Of a DNA stretch of 64,000 nt, positions 1 through 9,185 are shown one piece after another. The notes under the pieces are model-generated. The model was given only the letters and a program-made list of their open reading frames with translations, was not told where the DNA came from and did no database searches. The stretch comes from a virus. Its lineage: Duplodnaviria; Caudoviricetes. The DNA lies in IMG/VR virus record IMGVR_UViG_3300020577_006271, positions 1 to 64,000 of that record, one strand, 5' to 3'. A program made the translations under genes and the position numbers. Within the stretch, counting starts at the first letter, position 1; each line of letters begins with the position of its first letter.

Positions 1-99
1 CGAGGAACAATACTTTATGTTTTGCACGAATATCCTGCAATTGAAAAGGGTTATGTGGTGTTTTCATTTTGCGTTGATCAATTTATTAGAAAAAGCTAA
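1..99 (+). CDS. 3' end of a gene, possibly ASCH/DUF3850-like (partial)
   Basis: Frame 1 reads RGTILYVLHEYPAIEKGYVVFSF...stop at 97-99, resembling the DUF3850 C-terminal I.YVL..Y....GYVV.S pattern. Confidence 0.35.
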   Translation, partial: RGTILYVLHEYPAIEKGYVVFSFCVDQFIRKS

Positions 100-123
100 T
101 TCGGAGCAGTAAGGTAGCATTGG

Positions 124-224
124 TTATAACGGTTTGTGGCTTTGCGTTCGGTTTTTGCCTTCCGAAATGTTCAAAGTTAGCACAAAAGTTAATGGCAACA
201 ACTGACGCAAAACCATTGTTATAA
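124..224. repeat. Long imperfect inverted repeat with attC-like TAAC...GTTA ends
   Basis: Arms TTATAAC/GTTATAA, TTTGCGT/ACGCAAA, TTGCC/GGCAA. Confidence 0.6.
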
Positions 225-241
225 GTAGTTGCGGATTATTA

Positions 242-481
242 ATGATAAACTTAATTAAAATGGAAATTGAAGAAAAAGATGTAAAAGTAAAAATGAGTGT
301 TTGCCCTGAATGTGGTAACGCTATTAGAGTTGCTGTTGAACATACAATGACAACTAAAAGCAAAAACGAATTTGCAAAGGAAGTAATGAAACACGATTTA
401 CAAGTAAAGACAATTTCACTTGAAGAATATCGTAGTTCAAATATTCAGTTGTATTGCAAAGAAAGTTGTTCAAGGAAGTAA
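242..481 (+). CDS. Small Zn-ribbon-like protein
   Basis: CPECG and CKESC motifs; start may be ATG at 260. Confidence 0.6.
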   Translation: MINLIKMEIEEKDVKVKMSVCPECGNAIRVAVEHTMTTKSKNEFAKEVMKHDLQVKTISLEEYRSSNIQLYCKESCSRK

Positions 482-677
482 TGGTAGCAATTACTTATAT
501 GAGTTTATTGATGGGTTTGAATTTGAAGTATATTCAGAAGGATATTGGGAAGATAGTATTGAAGATTTTTGTGGATGGTATGAATACAAATTTGGATATA
601 ATAACTGGCGTGATATTGATGAAATTGAACGCGAATTAAAACTTGAAAATATCCAAGTGTGGTGTGGGAAGATATGA
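420..677 (+). CDS. Hypothetical acidic protein (start uncertain)
   Basis: ORF track; overlaps previous gene. Confidence 0.35.
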   Translation: MKNIVVQIFSCIAKKVVQGSNGSNYLYEFIDGFEFEVYSEGYWEDSIEDFCGWYEYKFGYNNWRDIDEIERELKLENIQVWCGKI

Positions 678-1032
678 ATAATAATGACCCTTATTGGAAA
701 AATGTAAAAAGATAGCAAGTTTGATGAAAGGCAATCCATTATGGATAATCCAGATTCAGGACATTCCAGCAAAAGTAATCCAGCAAGAAGAGTTTAACAG
801 CAATTTGAAAAATTGACTTGCGTAAAAAATACACATTGTGGTCCCAAGACAATGATATTATGTATAAGTACACACAGTATATTAGGGGTGTACTGCTAGT
901 CTTATACATTTACTGTATATGTACATACATGTACCTGTGACTTCTTTTAACCTTTAATAATAGCTTGGATTAAATGCAGGACTGGTCGTCTGCTCCTTCA
1001 TAAAGTCCAGGCCTGAATCAATATACTTATCA

Positions 1033-1374
1033 TTAGACACCAGGTAATAATTTGTTCCAAAGCTTAAAGCTGCGTCTTACTAATTCAAGGTCCGTAGTAC
1101 GGTGATGTAATATTTCTAAGTCATGGTTATCATCCTTGATCCGTAGATCTATATAGCCTTCTTCAGATGTTGTTGGAATATAGAATAATAAAGTCAGTGT
1201 TTGATAATTTATTACGGACCTATTAACAAGATCAGTACTGATTGATCTAATGTGTAACAGATCAGTACTGAATGATCTAATGTGTAACAGATCTAGTCTA
1301 TCTGCTTTGATAATCCTTTCTATTAGATCAATTGCTCGACTTACATATTGTTCAGGTGTCTGTTTATTGTTCAT
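1033..1374 (-). CDS. Hypothetical protein with internal 10-aa duplication
   Basis: DLLHIRSFST/DLLHIRSIST. Confidence 0.65.
   Translation of the reverse strand: MNNKQTPEQYVSRAIDLIERIIKADRLDLLHIRSFSTDLLHIRSISTDLVNRSVINYQTLTLLFYIPTTSEEGYIDLRIKDDNHDLEILHHRTTDLELVRRSFKLWNKLLPGV
1231..1290. repeat. 30-bp tandem duplication (1 mismatch)
   Basis: atcagtactga(t/a)tgatctaatgtgtaacag x2. Confidence 0.95.
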
Positions 1375-1481
1375 TTAAATTCGTTTAACATTGTTTTCCT
1401 TAACGCTGTTGCATTTTATTATATAAGTTAATAAAATATACAGTTTAATAAAAATAACTCATTAGGATCGAGATATATCAA

Positions 1482-1811
1482 TCATTGGAATTTATTTATA
1501 CACCAGTTAATAAAATCTAATCTAACTTGTCTATTGATTTGACGATCATCATAAGGAGATCTTACAACTTGTAAGGTGATCCTGACAAACAAAGCCCCAA
1601 ATTGATCTTTTGCATCTGCCGATATAGTATGGGATTTATTGCCAGACTCAGCTAAGAACAGCTTAGCAAACAGTTGACATTTTTTTCTAAAATAAGGTTT
1701 ATCCCACCATTCAGCGAATATGTTTGACCCATTGCATAAATATGATGCTCCTATAGCCTGTTCAAATTCAGACTTAATCTGCAACCAGAATTCTTTTTGT
1801 GTAAAATCCAT
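1482..1811 (-). CDS. Hypothetical protein, paralog of 1811..2182
   Basis: Shared EFW..K..FE, LC..S..F, FR..C...A..FL.E..NK, R..FI.W.INK. Confidence 0.75.
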   Translation of the reverse strand: MDFTQKEFWLQIKSEFEQAIGASYLCNGSNIFAEWWDKPYFRKKCQLFAKLFLAESGNKSHTISADAKDQFGALFVRITLQVVRSPYDDRQINRQVRLDFINWCINKFQ

Positions 1812-2182
1812 TATTTAGTTTCTAATTTATTAATACGCCAGTCAATGAATTCTGTTCTAATTCGGCGTATGTATTCGTCTCGAATTGCCGACATCTCAAT
1901 ATATGTTTTGGGAGCACCGGAACAACATATTATTTCTGATAATAGACCGGTATTATTAAATAATACTGCACCACGTCGTGGTGCCAGATAATATTTATTG
2001 TTAGTTTCCTGTAAGAACTGGTTAGCTAACGAGCAACATTGTTCTCTAAACCGTGAGCCCGAATGCCATTCGGATTTGAAGGTCTCTGAAGCATAACATA
2101 GAAATGCTTCATCTGTATTTGATTCGAAATCGGCTTTAACTTTTTGCCAGAATTCTAGACTATTTGCTGGATTGTTGATCAT
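1811..2182 (-). CDS. Hypothetical protein, paralog of 1482..1811
   Basis: Same motifs; abutting stop/start. Confidence 0.75.
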   Translation of the reverse strand: MINNPANSLEFWQKVKADFESNTDEAFLCYASETFKSEWHSGSRFREQCCSLANQFLQETNNKYYLAPRRGAVLFNNTGLLSEIICCSGAPKTYIEMSAIRDEYIRRIRTEFIDWRINKLETK

Positions 2183-2585
2183 TGATAAATTTAGTTATAT
2201 GTGATTTAACATCTTCTAATATTTCTAGTCTAGTTTCAAGTATTAATAAATTCTTTTCATCTGTGTAATAATATGATGGTGGCGATAACCAATAACCATA
2301 TAAGTCATTGGATCCAATCATCTGATGTTTGAAAGTCCTAGGAGTTGAATCCCATTTAGGTCGATACTCGTATAATCGGCATATATCAATAAACTTTACT
2401 CCAGTCTTATTTGCCATAGCTAAACATATACCTGAATATAAATCCAACAAGGCTAGAATATCCATTAATCTAGTATGATTTATATCAGGTTGGTTTATTA
2501 TATCGTGGCATTCAGTAATTCCTTGTTGATATAACGCAATGGTTTCATCTATTGCGTTAAAGACTGCTAATTGTTCGTTATTCAT
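2160..2585 (-). CDS. Hypothetical protein
   Basis: ORF in tightly packed minus-strand run. Confidence 0.65.
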   Translation of the reverse strand: MNNEQLAVFNAIDETIALYQQGITECHDIINQPDINHTRLMDILALLDLYSGICLAMANKTGVKFIDICRLYEYRPKWDSTPRTFKHQMIGSNDLYGYWLSPPSYYYTDEKNLLILETRLEILEDVKSHITKFINDQQSSK

Positions 2586-2712
2586 GATTAATTATGGTTT
2601 AGCTTTTAAAGAATATGTAAATGATAGCTTATCATAAAGATTAGCAACCCTATATTTTTTCGATACTTCGATCCAAATTCTGATTTTAAGAATTCACATG
2701 CCGTATTCATTA

Positions 2713-2946
2713 TCATTTTACGGGTTTTGGGGTAGTCCAGAATTCTACTACATGGTATGAATAAAGCCATCCACAGTCATCATCTTCATATAGATTTCTC
2801 ATGACTATAATACCGCGTTCTTTTAAAGGCATGGTATCAACAGATTCCCAATAATCAAAGCGTATTGTACGCTGGTCTTCATTAAAGGTTACCTGACGTT
2901 TTGGATACAATTCTGTAACTATTTTAACTATCTCTTCCCAATTCAT
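2713..2946 (-). CDS. Hypothetical protein
   Basis: ATG start directly downstream of promoter at 2970-3031. Confidence 0.7.
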   Translation of the reverse strand: MNWEEIVKIVTELYPKRQVTFNEDQRTIRFDYWESVDTMPLKERGIIVMRNLYEDDDCGWLYSYHVVEFWTTPKPVK

Positions 2947-2969
2947 TTATCTTTATTTTTAATACAATA

Positions 2970-3031
2970 CAAAGATACTACAATATTACGAAATTAATGT
3001 GAAAATAAGGGATTTTAACACAATTTTAACT
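2970..3031 (-). promoter_or_regulatory. Class I promoter: -7 TATCTTTG plus upstream TTAAC direct-repeat box
   Basis: caaagata 2970-2977; TTAACA 3015, TTAACT 3026. Confidence 0.7.
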
Positions 3032-3219
3032 TCAGGAAAGAAAAGTCTTTTTACATAGGTAGTAAAAAAGTGCGAAAAACGCTTGACTTTCACTGGGGAG
3101 ATTTGAAAATATTTTCACTAGGCCAAGCCTAACCAAATAAAATTTGTTGCTATATATTGTCTACTGCAAGGACATATTATAAAAATAATTATATTATTAT
3201 GAACCTATTTAATACTCAA

Positions 3220-3282
3220 CAAAGGTACTGAATAATACTGATATAACCTATTAATTATCAGTACTTTAACATAATTTTAACG
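3220..3282 (-). promoter_or_regulatory. Class I promoter: -7 TACCTTTG plus box
   Basis: caaaggta 3220-3227; TTAACA 3266, TTAACG 3277. Confidence 0.6.
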
Positions 3283-3522
3283 TTTCAGAAATTGATTAAA
3301 GGGAATCCAGATCCGTTAAAAAAATCCACATTGTGGCCCCTGGTTTTCCCCTAAAATCCCCTGTAATCTCAACTCAAGAAATATTGATTTTTCTAATTTC
3401 CCCACACAATAGATAAACATATATAGTTATGTATATATGTATATACATTAATATGCTGTGTTTATTCAATATCAATTACAGAAGACTATCAAGTCCTGGG
3501 CAAGCTGCTTAGTTTGTTGCTA

Positions 3523-4740
3523 TTATGTAACAGGTGAACTACCCACCCACGCCAAAGGCGATGGGGTGGCTTCGGAGGTCATAGACTCACCTAATGGTAA
3601 CGCCTTACTCCGTTTTTGTTTAGTGTCCGAGTTAGTTCCTAAACCAGACAATATTTTTAAACCTTGTTTTTTAATGTTTATGCTTGCATTAAAATCCCTA
3701 TCGTGTACATAATTACAACTTGGGCAAGTCCATTCTCTATCTTTTAGAGTTAGGTCTTGATTGATGTAATTACATACATTACAAGTTTTGCTACTTGGAA
3801 AAAATCGGTCAATCTTTACAATTGTTTTGTTGTTCCAATTTGCTTTATATTCAAGCATAGTGTAAAAAGCACCCAACGAAACATCAGAAAATGCTTGTGC
3901 TAATTTATTATTTTTCATCATATTTTTAACACCCAAATCTTCAATACAAATTACATCGTGGTTTTTGATGATTTCTGTACTGACTTTGTGCAAATAGTCT
4001 TTTCTGATATTAGTTACTTTTTCGTGTACTCTTGCAAGTTTCGATTTTTGTTTTAATCTGGAATTGCTTCCTTTTACTTTTTTAGATAATTGCCTTTGTT
4101 CGTATTTTAACTTCTTTAGGTTAGCTTTAAGTGTTTTAACATTTTCATACACTTTACCATCTGAAAGTATCGCTAAATCTTTAATACCAGTATCAATACC
4201 AACTTTTGAACTTGTTTTTTCAAAAGGCTTATATTCTACTTCACAAGTTATACTTACATAGTAATTTCCTGTTGTAGATTTTGATATTGTAGCAAATAGT
4301 ATTTTACCTTCAATTTCTCTATGTAAGTTTATTTCAATACCTTTTTTAAATTTAGGTATCCACAACTTTTCATCCTCAATCGTTATAAATTGAGGAACTG
4401 TAAAACTTTGCTTATCATACTTGCTTTTAAATCTTGGAAACTTGGTTTGTTTTCTAAAAAATTTATTATATGCAGTATCTAAATTTCTAAGCGATGATTG
4501 CAAACTTTGACTATTAATTTCTTTCAACCAAACAAAATCTTCTTCTTTTTTAAGTTTTGTAAGGTCATTTGCATTGTCGTAATAGTTAAGTGATTTCTTT
4601 TCTTCAAGATACGTTTCTTTTCTGCTGTTTAGATAGCGATTAAACACGAATCTACAAGCCCCAAAATGTTTGGAAAGCAACTCAATCTGCTCTTTGTCGG
4701 GAGTGATTCTAAACTTGTATGACTTATGTACTAACTTCAT
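3523..4740 (-). CDS. tnpB: TnpB RNA-guided endonuclease
   Basis: HTH start KSYKFRI.P, RuvC GIDTG / IEDL / DRDFNAS, Zn ribbon CNVC...CPSC; likely start MKLVH at 4740. Confidence 0.95.
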   Translation of the reverse strand: MKLVHKSYKFRITPDKEQIELLSKHFGACRFVFNRYLNSRKETYLEEKKSLNYYDNANDLTKLKKEEDFVWLKEINSQSLQSSLRNLDTAYNKFFRKQTKFPRFKSKYDKQSFTVPQFITIEDEKLWIPKFKKGIEINLHREIEGKILFATISKSTTGNYYVSITCEVEYKPFEKTSSKVGIDTGIKDLAILSDGKVYENVKTLKANLKKLKYEQRQLSKKVKGSNSRLKQKSKLARVHEKVTNIRKDYLHKVSTEIIKNHDVICIEDLGVKNMMKNNKLAQAFSDVSLGAFYTMLEYKANWNNKTIVKIDRFFPSSKTCNVCNYINQDLTLKDREWTCPSCNYVHDRDFNASINIKKQGLKILSGLGTNSDTKQKRSKALPLGESMTSEATPSPLAWVGSSPVT

Positions 4741-5324
4741 TCTATTATTAAATAGTCTAAACTTTTGTAAAAGTACAATTTTTTTACAAATACGCAATTT
4801 TTTTGTAAATATTTCCATCGAGTTTGAGAAACATTCACAAAAAAATTGCTTCATTATGTCTAAAAAATCACAGTACATCTCAACAAATCGTTCAAAACAC
4901 TACTTAAAGTGTCATTTAATTTTTGTTTGTAAATATCGTAAACCAATGTTGGTTTGTCAGTTAAATGATGATATTAAGCAAATATTTCAATCTATTGCCA
5001 ATGGTTCTGAATTTGAAATTGAAGTAATGGAAACAGATGTCAATCACGTTCATTTTCTTATTCGTTATATCCCTCGTCTTTCAGTATCGCAATTAGTACG
5101 TAGGTTAAAACAAGAATCTACACGTCAGTTATGGCTATTACATTCTACTACTTTACGTCAATACTATTGGTATCAGCGTCTCCTATGGAGCGATGGCTAT
5201 TTCGTTTGTTCAATAGGTGAAACCTCACCAGAAACAATCCGTCAATACATCATTTCACAGGGATAGCGTTTGTCGCTTACATCCCACCGAGCCTACGGCA
5301 TCAGTGGGTTTTACGCTCCGTTGT
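3534..5324 (-). mobile_element. IS200/IS605-family element (divergent tnpA/tnpB, IS605 group)
   Basis: Right-end hairpin ending TTCAC at 3534; left-end hairpin near 5283-5308 preceded by TTTAT target on the minus strand. Confidence 0.9.
4856..5266 (+). CDS. tnpA: Y1 HUH transposase TnpA
   Basis: HLIFVCKYRK, HVH motif, LWSDGYF, YI.SQ. Confidence 0.95.
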   Translation: MSKKSQYISTNRSKHYLKCHLIFVCKYRKPMLVCQLNDDIKQIFQSIANGSEFEIEVMETDVNHVHFLIRYIPRLSVSQLVRRLKQESTRQLWLLHSTTLRQYYWYQRLLWSDGYFVCSIGETSPETIRQYIISQG

Positions 5325-5513
5325 ATAAAATGAAAAATATCTTGGTCCAGCGAATATCGATGGTTTATAATCAATGCTTTTTACCGTTATCCTATATCCA
5401 TCGGGTCTTGTGTGTTCTTGGATTTCCGATACCTGACATGGACATAAGACATTAGTGGAATCCGTTGTACAACTGGAGATAAAGAATATTATTAATATTA
5501 AAATGTATTTCAT
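5301..5513 (-). CDS. Lipoprotein-like protein whose 3' end runs into the IS left end
   Basis: MKYILILIIFFISSC lipobox-like; codons after FSFY are IS sequence. Confidence 0.5.
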   Translation of the reverse strand: MKYILILIIFFISSCTTDSTNVLCPCQVSEIQEHTRPDGYRITVKSIDYKPSIFAGPRYFSFYTTERKTH

Positions 5514-5537
5514 ATTATTGATTTATTTTTAAATTTG

Positions 5538-5786
5538 TTATTCCACGTAATTATTGGGGTTTATGGTCAAATCTGGAATTTCTCCTGTATAGTCTCTTAG
5601 CATTCTGGATATATCTTGTTCTATCTCTTTTAAAGTATATGTACCGTGATGATTATCCCAAGATAAAGGAATAAGTCCAAAAAATATTAAATATCTGAAT
5701 TGATAATAATACTTATCTACACCACTATGATCTTTGCCGCATTGTTTTGCTCTGTATTCATTGTTACCTATTCTTACTACTTTCAT
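5538..5786 (-). CDS. Hypothetical protein
   Basis: ORF track. Confidence 0.6.
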   Translation of the reverse strand: MKVVRIGNNEYRAKQCGKDHSGVDKYYYQFRYLIFFGLIPLSWDNHHGTYTLKEIEQDISRMLRDYTGEIPDLTINPNNYVE

Positions 5787-5858
5787 TATATGTTGTTTTG
5801 TTGTTGTGAAAAATTTACAATATTATATGTTGTTTTGTTGCTGTGAAAAATTTACAAT
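5785..5858. repeat. 37-bp intergenic tandem duplication (1 mismatch)
   Basis: attatatgttgttttgttg(t/c)tgtgaaaaatttacaat x2. Confidence 0.95.
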
Positions 5859-6238
5859 AAGCCCAATGCGTATATCAAACCTGCTTCTAATGCAGTTTCA
5901 TACTTATCAAAATATTGCCCATTGGCATCTTTGCTAATGAATTCCCATTCTCCCCTATCAGGGCATTGTATCTCAACTTCCCAAGCTATGAAATCTGTCG
6001 TTGGAGTTATTACTATTGGCGTAGGTAATTCCCGTAACCATTTTTGTAATAAACCTTGTGTTGGTGCAGAATAATTATCCCACTCATTGTGATTATATTT
6101 ATCATTATCTCCATCTTCACCACTACTAAATTGTATTGTACTATCTGGCAAAAAGCAATAAAATGTTTTGTAATCAAAACCTTTTTCTTTTGCTAGCATT
6201 GCTGCCTTGAAACTTATTAATTGTTCGTCTTGTCGCAT
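5852..6238 (-). CDS. Hypothetical phage protein, related to 6217..6630
   Basis: A..K.KGF, AP......W.RE, YE.A motifs. Confidence 0.7.
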   Translation of the reverse strand: MRQDEQLISFKAAMLAKEKGFDYKTFYCFLPDSTIQFSSGEDGDNDKYNHNEWDNYSAPTQGLLQKWLRELPTPIVITPTTDFIAWEVEIQCPDRGEWEFISKDANGQYFDKYETALEAGLIYALGLL

Positions 6239-6630
6239 ATTTTTATTAATTTTTTAAGACATTCTAATTCTGCTTCTTCGTAGGTATTGTACCGTATATT
6301 TTCATCCTCTGAATGATATAAATAATCGTTAATTTTTATTTTATCAATTCTAATATACCAATGAGAAGGAGTACAAACATGTAAATCAATACATCCAAAC
6401 AATTCGTACTTCTCTCTAAACCATCTAAATGCTTGTTGATAAAGTGGTGCTGCTACAGAATTTCCAATATGAATTTTTTCTTTATTTCCGTGATTATAAA
6501 ATAATTCTTTAGTATCATCAAAAAAATCTAAGCAAGGCTCATTAAAACCTAATTTCTTTAAAGCTAATGCTTGTTCATATGGTATAAATTCTTGTTCTAT
6601 CATGACATTAATTTCCAATGACTGATTCAA
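6217..6630 (-). CDS. Hypothetical phage protein, related to 5852..6238
   Basis: EFIPYEQALALKKLGF, APLYQQAFRWFREK, YEEAE. Confidence 0.7.
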   Translation of the reverse strand: MNQSLEINVMIEQEFIPYEQALALKKLGFNEPCLDFFDDTKELFYNHGNKEKIHIGNSVAAPLYQQAFRWFREKYELFGCIDLHVCTPSHWYIRIDKIKINDYLYHSEDENIRYNTYEEAELECLKKLIKICDKTNN

Positions 6631-6919
6631 AGTGTTTAATTAGATTATAGGTTTCGTGGTTGATGGCTCGCAATATATTGATTTCTTCCCATAGACGGTC
6701 GGTTAAACAACTGGCATTCTCCATTTTAGGTTCAGTTTGTCCTGGACCATTGGCGAATGGCTTTATAACATTTGCTATCGATTTTAATCTAATTACATTC
6801 TCTTGGGCATTAGCATTTTCATTGGAGATACTTTCTATAATTCTTATGAATTCAGGTCTATCATCCGTACATGGGCTTCCCGTCAGTGTTGTCATCTTTT
6901 GTGCTTCTTCTGTGTACAT
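6608..6919 (-). CDS. Hypothetical protein
   Basis: ORF track, operon context. Confidence 0.6.
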   Translation of the reverse strand: MYTEEAQKMTTLTGSPCTDDRPEFIRIIESISNENANAQENVIRLKSIANVIKPFANGPGQTEPKMENASCLTDRLWEEINILRAINHETYNLIKHFESVIGN

Positions 6920-6932
6920 TTTATTTGATTTA

Positions 6933-7367
6933 TTATAAGGTGTTTAAATATCGTTTTGACTCTATCCAAAAGAGTTCTATACCTTGCGCTACTCGACTAT
7001 CTGGAATATTATTCAATGTATTAATAACTTCACCTATTATAATCGTTACTTTACGTTTTAGATCTTTGCGTCGTTTTTGTGAGATGTTTTCCCAGGTAAC
7101 GACAGATATTTCTTGTCCGTTTATCTGTTGAATTAAATCCCAGACTTTTTCATGTGGTTCGACATCTACTGTATTCCATATTTTTCTTCCTTCAGCGGCT
7201 GCCTTATCTTTAGCTATATTTCTTATTTCGTCTTCGGAATTTGCTACTATAATATGGCCAGCAAAAACGTTATAATGGCCTGTGGGTTGAAATATACCGT
7301 AAATTTTCATTTGATTTTTACGCTCAGTTGAACTATTTTTTGACCTTTTAATATTTGTATCGATCAT
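6933..7367 (-). CDS. Hypothetical protein
   Basis: ORF track. Confidence 0.55.
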   Translation of the reverse strand: MIDTNIKRSKNSSTERKNQMKIYGIFQPTGHYNVFAGHIIVANSEDEIRNIAKDKAAAEGRKIWNTVDVEPHEKVWDLIQQINGQEISVVTWENISQKRRKDLKRKVTIIIGEVINTLNNIPDSRVAQGIELFWIESKRYLNTL

Positions 7368-7395
7368 ATCTTTAAATTTAAAGTTTTTATCTGCA

Positions 7396-7650
7396 TTATA
7401 TCCATTTACTTACTCGATACGCTTCGTAGTCGTAAAGTTCACTTGAGTAATGTGGATAATTTTCGTGAACTGCATATTCAATTTCTTCTCCTGTATTAAG
7501 ATTTTTGCTCTTCCAAGTCCAAAGTCCATCTTCATCTCTAACGGGCAATGTTAATACTTCACATTTAATCCCACATCCATACGCAAATTCGTAATGGATA
7601 TCCCCTACTTTAATATTTTCGACAATTATGTTGCCGTTAGTTGTTGTCAT
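7396..7650 (-). CDS. Hypothetical protein
   Basis: ATGA overlap with upstream gene. Confidence 0.7.
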   Translation of the reverse strand: MTTTNGNIIVENIKVGDIHYEFAYGCGIKCEVLTLPVRDEDGLWTWKSKNLNTGEEIEYAVHENYPHYSSELYDYEAYRVSKWI

Positions 7651-8819
7651 TTCTTGATATTATTTTTAACTATTTCTGTTAATTCATTTGTTAACTTAGT
7701 TAATGCCAGCGCAGAATTATCTTGAATATACTTACCAAAAACGGGCAACATTTCATTGACGCTTAAGCAAGGTTTATTTAGTAATATGTATGATTCTGCG
7801 CTTTCTTTGGTTGAAAAAGTTTTGCACGTTCTGGGATTTGTATAAGATACCCAGCCGCAGCCAACTGAGAGGCAAACAAATGGACCTTTATATGTCAAAT
7901 GATTTATTAATACTGAATGATAAGTATCGCCTGTGAAAACTGATACTCCATCGTATGTTGTGAATACTGGAGTTACTTTTTTTAAGTTTTCTAAGTTTAT
8001 CCACTTTCCCAAGCCTGGATGATGGTCATGGACAAATGTCAATTTGCCCGTGCCTTTATCTGCAGGGGCACATTCAAATTCAATTTCCTTTAATGTGAAT
8101 GAACCTGAGTTTAGATTTGTAGTATCAATCAGTTTATCACCAATGGTAAAAACTTCATAATCCGACAAACGTTTAACAGAGTGAATACTCCATATACCTT
8201 TACTAAGTTGATTTAAAGCATGATCTTCAGACCATCCACCATACATACCATTATGTTGTAGATTGGCGAACCAATGATCATTCCCAGGAATCTTAAAACT
8301 CAATATTTCATAACTTTTAGACTTAACTACATCACGAAGCAACTCTACGATTTGGTTTTTATAGCTTCTTACTAAAATTGTATTAACCGATGAAAGGAAG
8401 AAATTATCAATTGAAAAAGGAGAATACTGGCATTCACCATTATATTTTACAGTATCACCAATGGTGAAAATTTCGCCGTCGGACATACGTTTAACGGAAT
8501 GTATAATAATTTCGTGGTCAGGCCACTCAAGTTCAAGTTCATCGATAGTTCGATAGCCTATCAGGGTGGCACCAGTCCATAAATATTTGCCATCTTTATA
8601 TGAATCCGATGGCTTACCATCTTTTCCTACTCTAATAGATATTATCTCATATGCATTTTCGATAATCACCTGCCAAAATTTTGGATTATTCTCGATGTAT
8701 TCTTTAGAATAATACGCATTATTATCTACGCAATACATGCCCACTTCTCGATAAAAAGTGGCGATTTTCCCTAATTTAGGAGATCCTGGATAGGTTTCAA
8801 TTAATTTATATTGTTTCAT
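7647..8819 (-). CDS. Hypothetical protein with two internal repeats
   Basis: YEI.S...IHSVKR.SD.E.FTIGD occurs twice. Confidence 0.8.
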   Translation of the reverse strand: MKQYKLIETYPGSPKLGKIATFYREVGMYCVDNNAYYSKEYIENNPKFWQVIIENAYEIISIRVGKDGKPSDSYKDGKYLWTGATLIGYRTIDELELEWPDHEIIIHSVKRMSDGEIFTIGDTVKYNGECQYSPFSIDNFFLSSVNTILVRSYKNQIVELLRDVVKSKSYEILSFKIPGNDHWFANLQHNGMYGGWSEDHALNQLSKGIWSIHSVKRLSDYEVFTIGDKLIDTTNLNSGSFTLKEIEFECAPADKGTGKLTFVHDHHPGLGKWINLENLKKVTPVFTTYDGVSVFTGDTYHSVLINHLTYKGPFVCLSVGCGWVSYTNPRTCKTFSTKESAESYILLNKPCLSVNEMLPVFGKYIQDNSALALTKLTNELTEIVKNNIKK

Positions 8820-8834
8820 TTTATTGAATTTACA

Positions 8835-9185
8835 TTAAAAATTTTCTTTATATAAACGCATGCTATCAACGTTGACTCGCATTGTGTTATCAAATGAATA
8901 CTTCCCGTTTAAGATACGCTCAATTAGTTTTAAATTAAGAAAAACGTTTTCTTTATCTTTTGTATGGGCGAAGGCTAACTTAAAAAAATTTAAAATACCA
9001 TGTGTTTGGGTTTTAGAAAGCCGTTCAATTTCACGTTTGTTTAATTCTATGATGGACTCATGAGTTGTCCTCGTAGATATTATTAACCGGTTAAGTTCAT
9101 CTACAGTTTTCTGTAATTGACTAAGTCGGTCCTGATCTTTATTCCAAGCATCATATTTTATAGTGACGGTTTCGGGCTTACTCAT
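8835..9185 (-). CDS. Hypothetical coiled-coil protein
   Basis: ORF track, ATGA overlap. Confidence 0.6.
   Translation of the reverse strand: MSKPETVTIKYDAWNKDQDRLSQLQKTVDELNRLIISTRTTHESIIELNKREIERLSKTQTHGILNFFKLAFAHTKDKENVFLNLKLIERILNGKYSFDNTMRVNVDSMRLYKENF

Noticed and set aside
124-363. 79-aa minus-strand ORF
   Set aside because: Overlaps a plus-strand gene and the hairpin
4670-4878. Long N-terminal extensions of TnpA and TnpB in the ORF track
   Set aside because: They overlap each other; family-typical starts are at 4856 and 4740
3490-5513. IS excision restoring the lipoprotein-like gene
   Set aside because: The rejoined frame adds only LLHNSNKLSSLPRT-stop; cannot tell whether this is the native end
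5785-5858. Possible CRISPR array (37-bp repeat)
   Set aside because: Two directly adjacent copies with no spacer; no cas genes
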